64,000 nucleotides of DNA from a bacterium (GTDB lineage Bacteria > UBA8248), in the NCBI GenBank assembly GCA_963692865.2, contig OY843592.1, positions 2,880,001 through 2,944,000 of the forward strand, in the 5' to 3' direction. The position numbers were made by a program, and so were the translations under genes. How positions within the stretch are numbered: the first letter of the stretch is position 1; the number at the start of each line of letters is the position of its first letter. The notes below the pieces were generated by a model, which was not told where the DNA came from, searched no databases, and was given only the letters and a program-made list of their open reading frames with translations. This document shows, one piece after another, positions 19,101 to 32,685 of this stretch.

Positions 19101-20621
19101 CTAGGGGAGGCCGCCCCGCGCCACGTCCAGGGCGCGGAGGGAGCCTCGGGCCTTGTTGATGGTTTCCTCGTATTCGAAACCGGGCTTGGAATCCGCCACG
19201 ACGCCCGCCCCCACCTGGAGGTAGAGCCTGCCGCCGCGCGCGTAGAGCGTACGGATGGCGATGCAGGTGTCCATGCTTCCGCCGAAGCCGAAATAGCCCA
19301 CTGCGCCCGAGTAGGGCCCCCGGCGCACCGGCTCCATCCCGTCGATGATCTCCATGGCGCGCACCTTGGGCGCGCCCGAGACGGTGCCCGCCGGGAAGGA
19401 GGCCCTGAGCACGTCGAACGCATCCTTGCCCTCGGCCAGCTCGCCCACCACGTTGCTCACGATGTGCATGACGTGGGAGTAGCGCTCGATCACCATCTGC
19501 TCGGTGACGCGCACCGTGCCGCGCTCGCACACGCGGCCGACGTCGTTGCGGCCCAGATCCACGAGCATGATGTGCTCGGCGCGCTCCTTCTCGTCCGCCA
19601 GCAGCTCCTCCGCCAGCGCCCGATCCTCCGCCTCGTCGCGCCCGCGCCTTCGCGTGCCAGCGATGGGGCGCACCTCGACCCTCTCCCCCTCCAGCCGCAC
19701 GAGCACCTCGGGCGAGGCGCCCACGAGGGTCACGTCGCCGAGCTCCAGGTAAAACATGTAGGGCGAGGGGTTGACCGTCCGCAGCGCCCGGTAGACGGCG
19801 AACGGGTGCACGTCCAGGGCGCTTTCGAGGCGCTGGGAGAGGACGACCTGGATCGCCTCGCCCGCGTGGATGAGTTCCACCGTATCGGCGACGGCCTGCT
19901 CGAACCCCTCCCGCGTGAAAGACGAGTAAAGGCCCGGCATGTTCTCGACGGGGCGTCCGCTCCCGCCATCCTGAGGCGTTTGCTCGGGCTCGTAAGGCGG
20001 GGCGACGGAAGGGCCTCTGAGCTTCTCGATGAGCGCATCGACGCGCGCGCACGCATCCTCGTAGGCGGCCTCCCCGCCGTCATCCGTAATGTGCGCATGG
20101 GCGAGGACGTAAATCTTCTGCGCCGCGTTGTCAAAGATGATGAGCGACTTCGTGATCATGAAAAGCAGTTCGGGCAGTTCGAGATCGTCACGCGCGTTCT
20201 CGGGCAGGCGCTCGATGAAGCGAACCGCGTCGTAGCCCATGCAGCCGATGGCGCCCCCCCAGAACCTCGGCAGGCCTGGAAGGTCGACGGGTATGTAGGG
20301 CTGCATCAACTGCCTGAGCGCGTCGATGGGATCATCGACGATAAACGCTTCGCTCTCCCCCTCCTGCGTGATGCGCACCCGCCTCCCCTTGCTCTCGAAG
20401 ATGAGGTAGGGCTCGCTTCCCAGAAAGGTGTATCTCGCCCACTTCTCCCCGCCCTCCACGCTTTCGAGCAGAAAGGAATGGGAGCCGTCGGCGATTTTCA
20501 GATAGGCCGACACCGGCGTATCGAGATCGGCGAGAATTTCGCGATAGACCGGAATGATGTTGCCCCGCTCGCAGAGAGCGAGGAAAGTTTCCTTGTCCGG
20601 CGCATGTTTATTCGGGTTCAT
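19101..20621 (-). CDS. trpE: Anthranilate synthase component I
   Basis: LLESVEGGE, NPSPYM, ASPE, PIAGTR, EHIMLVDLGRND, YSHVMH, SGAPKVRAM; likely start ATG 20621. Confidence 0.97.
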   Translation of the reverse strand: MNPNKHAPDKETFLALCERGNIIPVYREILADLDTPVSAYLKIADGSHSFLLESVEGGEKWARYTFLGSEPYLIFESKGRRVRITQEGESEAFIVDDPIDALRQLMQPYIPVDLPGLPRFWGGAIGCMGYDAVRFIERLPENARDDLELPELLFMITKSLIIFDNAAQKIYVLAHAHITDDGGEAAYEDACARVDALIEKLRGPSVAPPYEPEQTPQDGGSGRPVENMPGLYSSFTREGFEQAVADTVELIHAGEAIQVVLSQRLESALDVHPFAVYRALRTVNPSPYMFYLELGDVTLVGASPEVLVRLEGERVEVRPIAGTRRRGRDEAEDRALAEELLADEKERAEHIMLVDLGRNDVGRVCERGTVRVTEQMVIERYSHVMHIVSNVVGELAEGKDAFDVLRASFPAGTVSGAPKVRAMEIIDGMEPVRRGPYSGAVGYFGFGGSMDTCIAIRTLYARGGRLYLQVGAGVVADSKPGFEYEETINKARGSLRALDVARGGLP

Positions 20622-20666
20622 CTTTATTCGAGAAGTCGCCTTGTGCGCGACGCCTCTCCTCCATAC

Positions 20667-20703
20667 AAAAAAAGCCACGGGACCAAACAGGCCGCCATGG
20701 CTT
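20667..20703 (-). terminator. Intrinsic terminator of the putative trp attenuator
   Basis: Minus strand AAGCCATGGCGGCC-TGTTT-GGTCCCGTGGCTT followed by a U-run, 45 nt upstream of trpE. Confidence 0.75.
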
Positions 20704-20741
20704 GGGGGGGGGTCGATTCCAAAAAATTCAGACAACAGCCC

Positions 20742-20813
20742 TTATGGCGCACCTCCGGATTCGGCGGAGCGTCGCCAGGGCCAAGCCTCCGTGCACCTTT
20801 CTCGCGTTTTCAT
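20742..20813 (-). CDS. trpL: Putative Trp leader peptide (MKTRERCTEAWPWRRSAESGGAP)
   Basis: 23-aa ORF with an AGGAG RBS and two Trp codons (W-P-W), directly upstream of the terminator and trpE. Confidence 0.7.
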   Translation of the reverse strand: MKTRERCTEAWPWRRSAESGGAP

Positions 20814-20880
20814 CCGCTCCTATCCCCATATAAGAAAATCTTCCTACTCCGAGGAAGATACCCAAGTTTGGGAGAAATGG

Positions 20881-21681
20881 TCAAGCGTCGGTTTCCTCGG
20901 GCCCCGGCGCAGCCTCGGGCGGCAGCTTCTCACCGTAGTCCACGCGCACAAGCGCCAGACCCTGGGGAGGCGCGTTGACGCCCGCAAGCGTCCTGCTCCT
21001 GCCAGTGAGCACTTCACGCACGGATTCGGCAGCGCGCTCGCCGCGGCCCACCTCAACGAGGACGCCGGCCAGGTTCCTCACCATGTGGCGCAGGAAACCT
21101 TTCGCCGTCGCCTCGATGAGAACCTCATCGCCCGCGTGCTCCACGCTCAGGCGCTCGAGGCGGCGCACGGTGTCCTCGGGCCTGCCCTTCTCCCGGCAGA
21201 AGCTGGCGAAATCATGCTCGCCCTCCAGCATTTCCGCCGCCTGCCGCATCGCCTCCAAGTCAAGGTGTTTCCGAACGTGCCAGGTGTATGGACTACGGAT
21301 GGCGCTCGGCGAGCGGCGGTTCAAGACGCGGTAGCGGTAGGTCTTGCGAACGGCGTCGAACTGGGCGTGAAAACCGCCCGGCGCCTCCCGGCAATCGAAT
21401 ATCGAGACGTCGCGGCCCATCATGGTGTTCAGGCCGATCCGCACTTTGTAAGGCTCAATATCCGATCTCGTATGAAAGTGCGCCACCTGCCCCCAGGCAT
21501 GGACGCCGGCGTCGGTGCGGCCCGAGCCGATGATGCGTATCGGCTCCCCGCACATCCTCGAAAGCGCGTCTTCTATTTCGCTCTGAACGGTTCTCTGGCC
21601 GGGCTGGGTCTGCCAGCCGTGAAAATTCGCGCCATCGTATTCTATCCACAGGACGAGGCAGCGTGTATTTTCGGCGTTCAT
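20881..21681 (-). CDS. truA: tRNA pseudouridine(38-40) synthase
   Basis: YDGANFHGWQ, GRTDAGVHA, FHAQFDA, GEHDFASF, FLRHMVR, APPQGL. Confidence 0.98.
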   Translation of the reverse strand: MNAENTRCLVLWIEYDGANFHGWQTQPGQRTVQSEIEDALSRMCGEPIRIIGSGRTDAGVHAWGQVAHFHTRSDIEPYKVRIGLNTMMGRDVSIFDCREAPGGFHAQFDAVRKTYRYRVLNRRSPSAIRSPYTWHVRKHLDLEAMRQAAEMLEGEHDFASFCREKGRPEDTVRRLERLSVEHAGDEVLIEATAKGFLRHMVRNLAGVLVEVGRGERAAESVREVLTGRSRTLAGVNAPPQGLALVRVDYGEKLPPEAAPGPEETDA

Positions 21682-21684
21682 CGG

Positions 21685-24558
21685 TCAGGCGGAATGTGCG
21701 TTCGAAAGCGTCCCGTTCAGCGCTTCACGCAGGGAAACCCCCGTGGCGGAGGCCTCGATTCCGGCGATCCGCTCGGGCGGACCTTCGGCGAGCAGGTAAC
21801 CGCCCTCCTCCCCACCCTCGGGTCCCAAATCGATGATGTGGTCGGCCGCCTTGATGACGTCGATGTTGTGCTCGATGACGACCACGGTATTGCCCTGATC
21901 GACCAGGCGATGCAGCACGTCCAGCAGCTTTTCGATGTCGGCGAAGTGAAGCCCCGTGGTCGGCTCGTCGAGAATGTACACCGTCCTGCCGGTGGCCCGC
22001 TTGGAGAGTTCTCTGGAGAGCTTGATGCGCTGGGCTTCCCCGCCGCTCAGCGTCGTGGCCGGCTGGCCGAGGCGCAGATAGCCCAGACCCACGTCCTGGA
22101 GCGTCTTCATCTTCCAGCGAATTGCGTTGATGTTCTCGAAAAACGCCAACGCCTCATCCACCGTCATTTCGAGCACCTCAGCGATGTTGCGGCCCTTGTA
22201 GCGGACGTCGAGCGTATCGCGGTTGAAGCGCCTGCCCTGGCATTCCGAGCAGCGAACGAACAGGTCGGGCAAGAAGTGCATCTCGAGCCGGATGTAGCCG
22301 TCTCCCTGGCAAGTCTCGCAGCGTCCGCCCTTGACGTTGAAGCTGAAGCGTCCGGCGAGATAGCCGCGCTTTCGCGCCTCGGGCACCTGGGAGAAAAGGT
22401 TGCGAATCGGGGAGAAAACGCCCGTGTAGGTGGCCGGGTTGCTCCTCGGCGTCCGCCCGATGGGCGATTGATCGATGGCGATAACCTTGTCGATGAGATC
22501 GGCGCCCTCGATGGCATCGTGCGCGCCTGGAGTGGCCAGCGAGCGGTAGATGCGCCGTGAAAGCGCGCGGTAGAGAATCTCGTCCACGAGCGTGCTCTTG
22601 CCGCTGCCGCTCACGCCCGTCACGCATATCAACAAGCCGAGCGGAAAATCGACGTTCACGTTCTTGAGATTGTGCTGCCGCGCCCCCCGGATGGAGATGC
22701 GGTCCGCACCCGGCGCCCTGCGCTGCTCTGGGCGGGGGATGTCGAGTTCCCCCGTGAGGTACCGCCCCGTCAGCGAAGCGGTGCTCGAGCGGATATCGCC
22801 AGGCGCGCCGCAGGCCACGAGGTACCCGCCATGCTCGCCAGCGCCGGGACCCAGATCCACCACGTAGTCGGCCGATTCGATGGTCTCGCGGTCGTGTTCG
22901 ACGACGATGATGGTGTTGCCCATGTCGCGCAGGCGGCGCAGCGTATCCAGAAGGCGGCGGTTGTCGCGCTGGTGCAGGCCGATGCTCGGTTCATCGAGTA
23001 CGTACAAGACGCCCACCAGAGAGGTTCCGATCTGGCTCGCCAGCCGGATCCGCTGGCCCTCGCCTCCGGCGAGCGTACCCGAGGGCCTCTCCAGCGTGAG
23101 GTAGTTCAGCCCCACTTTTTCGAGGAACTCGAGGCGCTCGATGATTTCCTTCAAAATCCGCTCCGCAACGAGGTCGCCCCCGTCCGAGCCGTTTTTCTCT
23201 TCAAAAAAGGCGCGCAAGTGTTTGATGCTCATGGCGGAGATTTCGGCGATGCTCTTTCCGCCGTAAGTGACGGCGAGGCTTTCGGGCTTCAGGCGGCCTC
23301 CCCCGCAGGCCTCGCACGGCATGACGCTCATGTATTTTTCCAGGTTCGCCCGCATCCCGTCGCTCACCGTCTTCTCCATACGCTCGGCGAGCGCGGGCAC
23401 GACGCCCGGGAAAACGCGCTCGCGCCTGAGCGTGCGCCGCCCCGTCTTGTGGCGGATCTTCAGCTTCCCTCCCCTGCTCCCGTAAAACAGGATGTTCTTG
23501 TGCCTCTTGGAGAGTCTGGCGAAGGGCCTGTCCGCCGGAATTTTTTCGGCCTCGATGACCGCACGCAGGGCGGAGGCCAGAAAGCTCTTGCTCCCCGCGA
23601 GGGGGGCGATGGCGCCCTCATCGAGCGTGAGCTTGGGATCGGGGACGATTTTCGCCTCATCCATGCGGTGAACCGCGCCCAGACCATTGCACTCGGCGCA
23701 CGCGCCGTAGGGGCTGTTGAAAGAGAACATGCGCGGCGCCATTTCGGGGATGTTCACGCCGCATTCCGCGCAGGTGCACTCTTCGCTGAAGAGGTACTCG
23801 GTGCCGTCGTCTTCGAGGAAAATCACCAGCCCTTTCGCGAGACCCAGAGCCGTTTCGATGGATTCGCCAAGGCGGTTCTCGATGCCTGCGCGCAGGACGA
23901 CGTGATCCACCACCACCTCGATGTTGTGCGTCATGTGGCGGTTGAGCGATATCTCATCGCCGAGACGGAAAAACCGCCCGTCCACGCGCACTCTCAGGTA
24001 TCCCTTGCGCTCCAGATCTTCGAACTCCTTGCGGTAAATTCCCTTTCGGCCCCGCACGATGGGAGCGAGGATTTCGAGTTCCTTATCCTTCCCCAGGCTC
24101 ATCGCCCGGCTCACCATCTGCTCCACGTTCAAGGCGTTCATGGATTGCCCGCACGAGGGGCAGTGCGGGAGACCCAGGCGGGCGTAGAGAAGCCGCAGGT
24201 GATCGTAGATCTCCGTCACGGTGCCGACGGTCGAACGCGGGTTCTTGCTCACCGTCTTCTGTTCGATGGCGATGGTGGGCGAGAGGCCTTCGATGGAGTC
24301 GACGTCGGGCTTCCCGATCTGGTCGATGAACTGGCGCGCGTAGGCGGAAAGCGATTCGATATAGCGCCGCTGCCCCTCTCCGTAGAGGGTATCGAAGGCG
24401 AGGGAACTCTTGCCCGAACCGCTCAGGCCCGTGATGACGATGAGCCTGTCGCGCGGCATGTCGAGATTCAAGTCCTTGAGGTTGTGCTCGCGCGCACCCC
24501 GGACCCGGATTTTTCTCTCCCGCCGCGTTCTTCCGTTCAGGGACGACATGCGGGGCAC
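21685..24558 (-). CDS. uvrA: Excinuclease ABC subunit A
   Basis: [23 protein letters not shown], zinc fingers, two ABC signatures ([18 protein letters not shown]). Confidence 0.99.
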   Translation of the reverse strand: MPRMSSLNGRTRRERKIRVRGAREHNLKDLNLDMPRDRLIVITGLSGSGKSSLAFDTLYGEGQRRYIESLSAYARQFIDQIGKPDVDSIEGLSPTIAIEQKTVSKNPRSTVGTVTEIYDHLRLLYARLGLPHCPSCGQSMNALNVEQMVSRAMSLGKDKELEILAPIVRGRKGIYRKEFEDLERKGYLRVRVDGRFFRLGDEISLNRHMTHNIEVVVDHVVLRAGIENRLGESIETALGLAKGLVIFLEDDGTEYLFSEECTCAECGVNIPEMAPRMFSFNSPYGACAECNGLGAVHRMDEAKIVPDPKLTLDEGAIAPLAGSKSFLASALRAVIEAEKIPADRPFARLSKRHKNILFYGSRGGKLKIRHKTGRRTLRRERVFPGVVPALAERMEKTVSDGMRANLEKYMSVMPCEACGGGRLKPESLAVTYGGKSIAEISAMSIKHLRAFFEEKNGSDGGDLVAERILKEIIERLEFLEKVGLNYLTLERPSGTLAGGEGQRIRLASQIGTSLVGVLYVLDEPSIGLHQRDNRRLLDTLRRLRDMGNTIIVVEHDRETIESADYVVDLGPGAGEHGGYLVACGAPGDIRSSTASLTGRYLTGELDIPRPEQRRAPGADRISIRGARQHNLKNVNVDFPLGLLICVTGVSGSGKSTLVDEILYRALSRRIYRSLATPGAHDAIEGADLIDKVIAIDQSPIGRTPRSNPATYTGVFSPIRNLFSQVPEARKRGYLAGRFSFNVKGGRCETCQGDGYIRLEMHFLPDLFVRCSECQGRRFNRDTLDVRYKGRNIAEVLEMTVDEALAFFENINAIRWKMKTLQDVGLGYLRLGQPATTLSGGEAQRIKLSRELSKRATGRTVYILDEPTTGLHFADIEKLLDVLHRLVDQGNTVVVIEHNIDVIKAADHIIDLGPEGGEEGGYLLAEGPPERIAGIEASATGVSLREALNGTLSNAHSA

Positions 24559-24566
24559 CCGAATAC

Positions 24567-25145
24567 GGGGTTGTTGGAAAAGCCCTGATTTCGCGGTTCA
24601 CCGTATCTAACCGACCGACGGAGGGAAGGAATCACTCTCCCCTTGAGGGTCGGGCTTCCCGAGGGGAAAGCCCGACGAAGAGCTGAGGGCGTAAGCCCGA
24701 AAGCGATTCGGTGGGGGGTATAACTCGGAATGGCAATATAACGCATTTTACCCCCCACCGATTCAGCCTTCGCACAACCCGCTCGGCTTCATCGACTCCC
24801 CCTCAAGGGGGGAGTGAAATTCAGCACACTCCCTTTGTGAGACTTTTTCAACAGCCCCGTCAAGGGGGGTTGCCTTTACCTCTCAGGGACTTTTTCATCG
24901 GGCATTCCCCTCGGGATGCCCGACCCCTCAAGGGGGGAGTGAAATCAAAAGCGTGCGCGCAACTCAAAATTGCTTCCCGGGGGTTTTTCAACAGGCCCAT
25001 ATATGTCCGACCTACACACCCTCTTCGAACGGCGACCGTAGGGGCGGACCCATGTGTCCGCCCGTCTTTCAGAGGGGCTTTTCGCGTTTACCCCCCTGAC
25101 AGGGGGGCAAGGGGGTCGCCTTTGCAGGGCTTATTCCACAACCCC
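24567..25145. repeat. Nested composite repeat locus directly upstream of uvrA
   Basis: Left TIR at 24567; ~184-bp palindromic repeat at 24633-24816. Stacked right TIRs at 24844-24858, ~24891-24927 (interrupted by a hairpin), 24984-24998 and 25131-25145. GTAG REP at 25038-25063. Confidence 0.88.
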
Positions 25146-25195
25146 ATGTCCTCTCCAGTCGCGCGGGGCCTCCCGAAGGCGAGGCGATGAGCGGG

Positions 25196-25969
25196 CTAGT
25201 AAAAGATGAGCCCGCCCGTCACGTTGATGTCCTGGGCGGTCATGTGAGCGGCCTCCTCGGAAGCCAGAAAAACGCACAAAGCGGCGTGATCCTCCGCATC
25301 GACGAGCGTCTTCAAGGCCGCCGGCGCGGTGAAAGTCGCTTTCGCCTCCTCGAAAGTGGTGTCGAAACTCTGCGCCATGTTCTCGATGACGTTGTCGATC
25401 CTAGGTCCGGAGGTGGCGCCCGGGCATACCGCGTTCACCGTGACGCCGTACTCGCCGAGTTCGAACGCGAGGGTGCGCGTCAGGCCGATGACCGCCATCT
25501 TCGACGCCGTATACGGCGTGCGGTTCGGCAGGGGCCGCTTGCCGCTCATCGAACTGATGTTGAGGATGCGACCGTACCTGTTCTTCTTCATCGTGGGGAT
25601 GACGTGCTTGGTCATGAGGAACGTGCCCGTTACGTTCACGTCGAAGCACTCCTCCCAATCCTCGCGCGTCACGTCCTCGCACGCCTTGGTGGGACCCGCG
25701 ACGCCGGAGTTGTTCACCAGAATGTCGATGGTCCCGAACCCGGCGAGCGTCTTCTCGACGAGAGCCTGAATCGCAGCCTCGTCCGTCAAGTCCGTGGGCA
25801 CGACGAGGGAGGAACCCTCGGGCATCTCGGCGGCGGTGGCCTCCAGATTCGCATGCGTGCGCGCGGCGAGCACGACCTTGGCTCCTTCGCGCGCGAACGT
25901 CTTCGCGATGACCTTTCCGATTCCCTGCCCCGCCCCGGTTACGATGGCGACTTTATCCTTCAAACGCAT
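25196..25969 (-). CDS. Short-chain dehydrogenase/reductase (classical SDR)
   Basis: TGAGQGIG, DILVNNSG, NISS, YTASK, VNAVCPG. Confidence 0.95.
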   Translation of the reverse strand: MRLKDKVAIVTGAGQGIGKVIAKTFAREGAKVVLAARTHANLEATAAEMPEGSSLVVPTDLTDEAAIQALVEKTLAGFGTIDILVNNSGVAGPTKACEDVTREDWEECFDVNVTGTFLMTKHVIPTMKKNRYGRILNISSMSGKRPLPNRTPYTASKMAVIGLTRTLAFELGEYGVTVNAVCPGATSGPRIDNVIENMAQSFDTTFEEAKATFTAPAALKTLVDAEDHAALCVFLASEEAAHMTAQDINVTGGLIFY

Positions 25970-26012
25970 TTTCAGGCTTCTCCAGTTTATCCGAATAAGA
26001 GTGGATGAATTT

Positions 26013-26435
26013 TCATTCCACCGCAGGCAGTTCCGCTCCCGGGAACCAATAGCCCAGCTCGAAGGCGGCGGTATCGGGCGCGTCGGAGCCGTGCGTGGAG
26101 TTGCGCTCGATGCTCTCGCCCAATTCCGCGCGAATCGTTCCCGGCCCGGCCTCGGCGGGGTTCGTAGCGCCCATCACGTCACGCCAGCGTCTGATGGCGT
26201 CGGTGCGCTCCAGGGCAAGCACCACCGTGCGCCCTGAGGACATGAACGTCGTGAGATCGCCGAAGAAGGGGCGCTCCCTGTGGACGGCGTAAAAACCCTC
26301 CGCCTGCGCTTTCGACATGTGGACGAGCTTCATGCCCAGAACCTCGAAACCCTCCTCCTCGATGCGCGAGAGAATCTTGCCGCTCAAGCCGCGCGCCGTG
26401 GCGTCGGGTTTAATCATTGCAAACGTGCGTTCCAT
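26013..26435 (-). CDS. ndk: Nucleoside diphosphate kinase
   Basis: [34 protein letters not shown]. Confidence 0.98.
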   Translation of the reverse strand: MERTFAMIKPDATARGLSGKILSRIEEEGFEVLGMKLVHMSKAQAEGFYAVHRERPFFGDLTTFMSSGRTVVLALERTDAIRRWRDVMGATNPAEAGPGTIRAELGESIERNSTHGSDAPDTAAFELGYWFPGAELPAVE

Positions 26436-26462
26436 GTGCTCTTTCCCTTTCTAAGTGTAGCG

Positions 26463-27359
26463 TTATGTCCTGCCCAGCGCCTTCGCCATGGTGAGGCCCA
26501 TCTCGGCCGGGCTTTCGGTAACGTGAATGCCGCATTCGGACATGACCCGCATCTTCTCGGCAGCTGTGCCCTCACCACCGGAGATAATCGCGCCCGCGTG
26601 GCCCATGCGCCTGCCCGGAGGCGCCGTCTGGCCCGCGATGAAACCCACGAGCGGCTTGGTGACGTTCTCTTTCGCCCAGAGCGCCGCGTCCTGCTCAGCT
26701 GTGCCGCCGATTTCGCCGATCAGGATGATGGCCTCGGTCTGCGGATCGTCCTCGAACATGCGCAGGAGTTCGATATACATCGTACCGATAATGGGGTCGC
26801 CGCCGATGCCCACACAGGTGCTCTGCCCCAGTTCCTGCTCGGTGAGCTGGGCGACGACCTCGTAGGTGAGCGTACCGCTCTTCGAAATGACGCCGATGGC
26901 GCCTTCTCCGTGGATGTGGCCCGGCATGATGCCCATTTTGCAGCCGCCTGGCGTGATGACGCCCGGACAGTTGGGGCCGATTAGCACCGCGCCGCTATCT
27001 TCCATGTGGCGTTTCACGTATACCATGTCGCGCACGGGGATGCCCTCTGTTATGCACACTATAAGCGGGAGACCGGCGTCCACGGCTTCCACAATGGCGT
27101 CCGCCGCAAATGGGGGCGGAACGAAGATGAGCGAGGCGTTCGCTCCCGTCTCGCGCACCGCATCGGCCACCGTGTTGAACACGGGCACACCGTCCGCCTC
27201 CTGCCCGCCCTTGCCGGGCGTTACGCCCGCCACCACCGCGCCGCCGCCTCCAGCAAACTCGCGGCTGTATTTCTGGCACTGCCCGGCGTGAAAGCCTCCC
27301 TCGCGGCCGGTGATGCCCTGCACGAGGATGCGCGTCTCCTTGTCTACCAGAATACTCAA
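26463..27359 (-). CDS. sucD: Succinyl-CoA ligase alpha subunit
   Basis: [40 protein letters not shown]. Confidence 0.98.
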   Translation of the reverse strand: MSILVDKETRILVQGITGREGGFHAGQCQKYSREFAGGGGAVVAGVTPGKGGQEADGVPVFNTVADAVRETGANASLIFVPPPFAADAIVEAVDAGLPLIVCITEGIPVRDMVYVKRHMEDSGAVLIGPNCPGVITPGGCKMGIMPGHIHGEGAIGVISKSGTLTYEVVAQLTEQELGQSTCVGIGGDPIIGTMYIELLRMFEDDPQTEAIILIGEIGGTAEQDAALWAKENVTKPLVGFIAGQTAPPGRRMGHAGAIISGGEGTAAEKMRVMSECGIHVTESPAEMGLTMAKALGRT

Positions 27360-27370
27360 AACCAGACCCC

Positions 27371-28531
27371 CTATCGGTTCAGGGCCGCCACCACCTTCTC
27401 GGCGGAATCGGCCATGCCATTGCCCACTGTGAAATCAAGACCCGAGCCTTCGAGTATCTCGCGGCCCTTCTCCACGTTCGTCCCCTCCATGCGGATGATG
27501 ATGGGCACGTTCACGTTCACGGTTTTGACCGCTTCCACGACGCCCTCCGCCAGAATGTCGCAACGCAGGATGCCGCCGAAGATGTTGATGAAGACGGCCT
27601 TCACGTCCGGATCGTCCATGAGGATGCGGAAGGCGTTCTCCACCATCTCCTTGCTCGCGCCGCCGCCGACGTCCAGGAAGTTCGCGGGCGCGGCGCCCGC
27701 GAGCTTGATGATGTCCATCGTCGCCATGGCGAGGCCCGCGCCGTTCACCATGCAGGCGACCGATCCGTCGAGCTTGATGTAGTTGAGGTTGAACTTCGAA
27801 GCCTCGACCTCGAGCGGATCCTCTTCGTCCTCATCGCGCATCACAGCCACCTCCTCGTGGCGGTAGAGCGCGTTGTCGTCGAAGTTCACCTTGGCGTCGA
27901 GCGCCAGGATGCGGCCGTCCTTCGTCTGCACCAGCGGGTTGATCTCGACCAGCGAGGCGTCCATCTCGTCGTAGAATCTATAGAGATTCGTGACGAATTT
28001 CACGCCCTCGCGAACGAGGTCGGCGGGCAAATCCAGCCCGAAAGCCACGCGCCGCGCGGTGGACGGCCATACGGAGAGCGCCGGGTCGACCGGAATCTTC
28101 AGGAGCTTTTCGGGCGTGTTCGCGGCCACCTCCTCGATGTCCATGCCGCCCTCGGTGCTCGCCATGATGGTGGGTCGGCCCGTGGCGCGGTCGAGCACGA
28201 CGCCGAGATAGAGTTCGCGCTCGATGTCGCTCGCCTCCTCCACCCATACCTTCTTGACGAGGCGGCCCTCCGGCCCCGTCTGGTGCGTCACGAGCGTCAT
28301 GCCGAGAATCTGCGAGGCCGCCTCTCTCGCCTCCGCAGGCGATCCGGCCAGCTTGACGCCGCCTCCCTTGCCGCGTCCGCCCGCGTGGATTTGCGCCTTG
28401 ACGACCACCGTCCCGCCCAGGTCCTGGGCGATGCGTTCGGCCTCGTCCGCCGTCTCGGCGACGTCGCCCCTCGGGACGGCCACGCCGTATTTCGCGAGCA
28501 ATTCCTTGCCCTGATACTCGTGGATGTTCAT
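27371..28531 (-). CDS. sucC: Succinyl-CoA ligase beta subunit
   Basis: [53 protein letters not shown]. Confidence 0.98.
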   Translation of the reverse strand: MNIHEYQGKELLAKYGVAVPRGDVAETADEAERIAQDLGGTVVVKAQIHAGGRGKGGGVKLAGSPAEAREAASQILGMTLVTHQTGPEGRLVKKVWVEEASDIERELYLGVVLDRATGRPTIMASTEGGMDIEEVAANTPEKLLKIPVDPALSVWPSTARRVAFGLDLPADLVREGVKFVTNLYRFYDEMDASLVEINPLVQTKDGRILALDAKVNFDDNALYRHEEVAVMRDEDEEDPLEVEASKFNLNYIKLDGSVACMVNGAGLAMATMDIIKLAGAAPANFLDVGGGASKEMVENAFRILMDDPDVKAVFINIFGGILRCDILAEGVVEAVKTVNVNVPIIIRMEGTNVEKGREILEGSGLDFTVGNGMADSAEKVVAALNR

Positions 28532-28634
28532 CCAGCTCCTCCAGAATCATTACGATGAATACGCTTCAACGCTGCACTTTCAAGCACAATGGAGAATCAC
28601 AATACTTCGGTTGACAAACCCTTTTTGCCGCCTT

Positions 28635-29010
28635 GCAGGGACAGGTCGCGACCTGTCCCTACAGTCTTTACTCCTCCCTTGCAGAGCGCCGACCAACCAC
28701 TCCCCCCTGAGGGGGGTGTTGAAAAAGCCTGCAATGCCGGTATGACGGCGACGGGACACCGCCTTGCCGAAGGGTGTGTGGGGGTCGCATATCATGCGAC
28801 CCGGATTTTCATGCCTCCCGCGACCGGGCCGCATGATATGCGGCCCCTACAAAAGGCAACCCCGTATGCGTTCCCCTGCGGAACCCCCGGCCTGTCCAGT
28901 CATCGCGTATGACGTAGGGGCGTCGAACTTCCCGAAGAGGGAAGTTCGACCGTGCCCGCCCGTCCCTCGTGTTCGCCCCGACGCGGACAGGCACATGGGC
29001 CTGTCCCTAC
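28635..29010. repeat. Composite repeat locus between fumarase beta and sucC
   Basis: GTAG-type hairpin at 28635-28662; CACTCCCCC-CTGAG followed by a left TIR at 28712; REPIN-like doublets at 28778-28850 and 28914-29010. Confidence 0.85.
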
Positions 29011-29052
29011 TGGATATTCAACTCTACTGCAACCGCTCCTCCTGCCCGGCCC

Positions 29053-29598
29053 TTACCTCGCAAACGCCTTGTAGCCTTCGGCGAAAATATCTTTCCCGCG
29101 GCTGTCCACGGCGACCACGACCGGAAATCTTTCGACCACCAGCCTGCGAATCGCCTCGGTCCCCAAATCCTCATAAGCGATGAGTTCGACCTCCTTGATC
29201 CGCTTCGCCAGCAAGGCGGCCGTTCCACCGATGGCGGCGAAGTAGACGGCGCGGTGCCGGGCGATGGCCTCCACCACCGCCGGGCTCCTGCCCCCCTTGC
29301 CTATCATTCCGGTGAGGCCGAGTTCCAGCATCCGGGGCGTATAGGCGTCCATGCGGCCGCTCGTCGTGGGTCCGGCCGAGCCGATGACGGCGCCCGGCTT
29401 GGGCGGCGTCGGCCCCACGTAGTAGAGCGCCTGGCCCGCCACGTCGATGGGCAGCGGCTCACCGCGCTCCGCATCCTCGAGCATCCGCTTGTGCGCCGCG
29501 TCGCGCGCCGTGTAGAGGACGCCGCTCAACTCGCACATATCCCCCATCGATAGGGATTCGACCACCTCGGGGCCGAGCGGAAGGTCTAGCGAGCGCAC
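29053..29598 (-). CDS. Fe-S hydro-lyase (class I fumarate hydratase / tartrate dehydratase) beta subunit
   Basis: TARDAAHKR, YYVGP, GPTTSGRMD, MIGKG, EDLGTEAI, DSRG; TCA-cluster context favours fumarase. Confidence 0.92.
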   Translation of the reverse strand: MRSLDLPLGPEVVESLSMGDMCELSGVLYTARDAAHKRMLEDAERGEPLPIDVAGQALYYVGPTPPKPGAVIGSAGPTTSGRMDAYTPRMLELGLTGMIGKGGRSPAVVEAIARHRAVYFAAIGGTAALLAKRIKEVELIAYEDLGTEAIRRLVVERFPVVVAVDSRGKDIFAEGYKAFAR

Positions 29599-29599
29599 G

Positions 29600-30442
29600 C
29601 TAAAGAACCACTTCGGCGTGGCGATGCGCGTGGCATTCCACGTTCACGCAGATCGGCAGCGCCCCGATGTGGCAGGCGTAGGTTTCGACGTGCACGGCGA
29701 TGCAGGTGGTGTCCCCGCCCATGCCCATCGGCCCCACGCCGGTACTGTTCACCGCCTCCAGAATATCGCTTTCGAGTCCGGCCACGAGCGGATCCGGGTT
29801 GGGCGCGCCCAGTTCACGGAAAAGCGCCCATTTCGCCTGAAGCGCCGCCTTCTCTATCGAACCGCCGAGGCCGATACCCAATAAAACGGGGGGACACGGG
29901 TTTCCCCCCGAGTTGAGTACGTGGTCGACAACCGTCTGAATCACTCCCTCGCGGCCATCCGAGGGCTTGAGCATGCGCGCCATGCTCATGTTCTCCGCCC
30001 CCGTCCCTTTCGCGGCAAAATACAGTTTGAGCTTCTCGCCCTCGACGACGCGGTAGTGGATGACGGCGGGCGTATTGTCCTTCGTGTTCACGCGGCGGAG
30101 CGGGTCGTTCACCACCGAGCCGCGCAGATAGCCGTCCCGATAGCCCTGGCGCACCCCCTCGTTGATGGCGTCCTCCAGAAGCCCGCCCTCTACGCGGACC
30201 TCCTGACCCACCTCGGCGAAGACGATGGAAACGCCCGTATCCTGGCAATAAGGAACGCGCTCCGCGGACGCGAGGGCGGCGTTTTCGGTGATCTGGTCCA
30301 GCACCATGAGACCCAGGGACGAGGTTTCACCGGCCTTCGCCTCTTCCACCTTGCGCACGTAATCGGGATCGACGTGGTAGTTCGACTCGATGGCCATCTC
30401 GCGAATCCTGGCCGTCACCTCGCTTGCGTCTATCGTTCGCAT
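29600..30442 (-). CDS. Fe-S hydro-lyase (class I fumarate hydratase) alpha subunit
   Basis: PYCQDTG, NTKDNTPA, KGTGAEN, NPCPP, GPMGMGG, CHAHR. Confidence 0.92.
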   Translation of the reverse strand: MRTIDASEVTARIREMAIESNYHVDPDYVRKVEEAKAGETSSLGLMVLDQITENAALASAERVPYCQDTGVSIVFAEVGQEVRVEGGLLEDAINEGVRQGYRDGYLRGSVVNDPLRRVNTKDNTPAVIHYRVVEGEKLKLYFAAKGTGAENMSMARMLKPSDGREGVIQTVVDHVLNSGGNPCPPVLLGIGLGGSIEKAALQAKWALFRELGAPNPDPLVAGLESDILEAVNSTGVGPMGMGGDTTCIAVHVETYACHIGALPICVNVECHAHRHAEVVL

Positions 30443-30482
30443 GGCCCGCCCGTCCGTCGCGCGTCGTCTACAAGCGGCGCGC

Positions 30483-32685
<2,203 letters not shown>

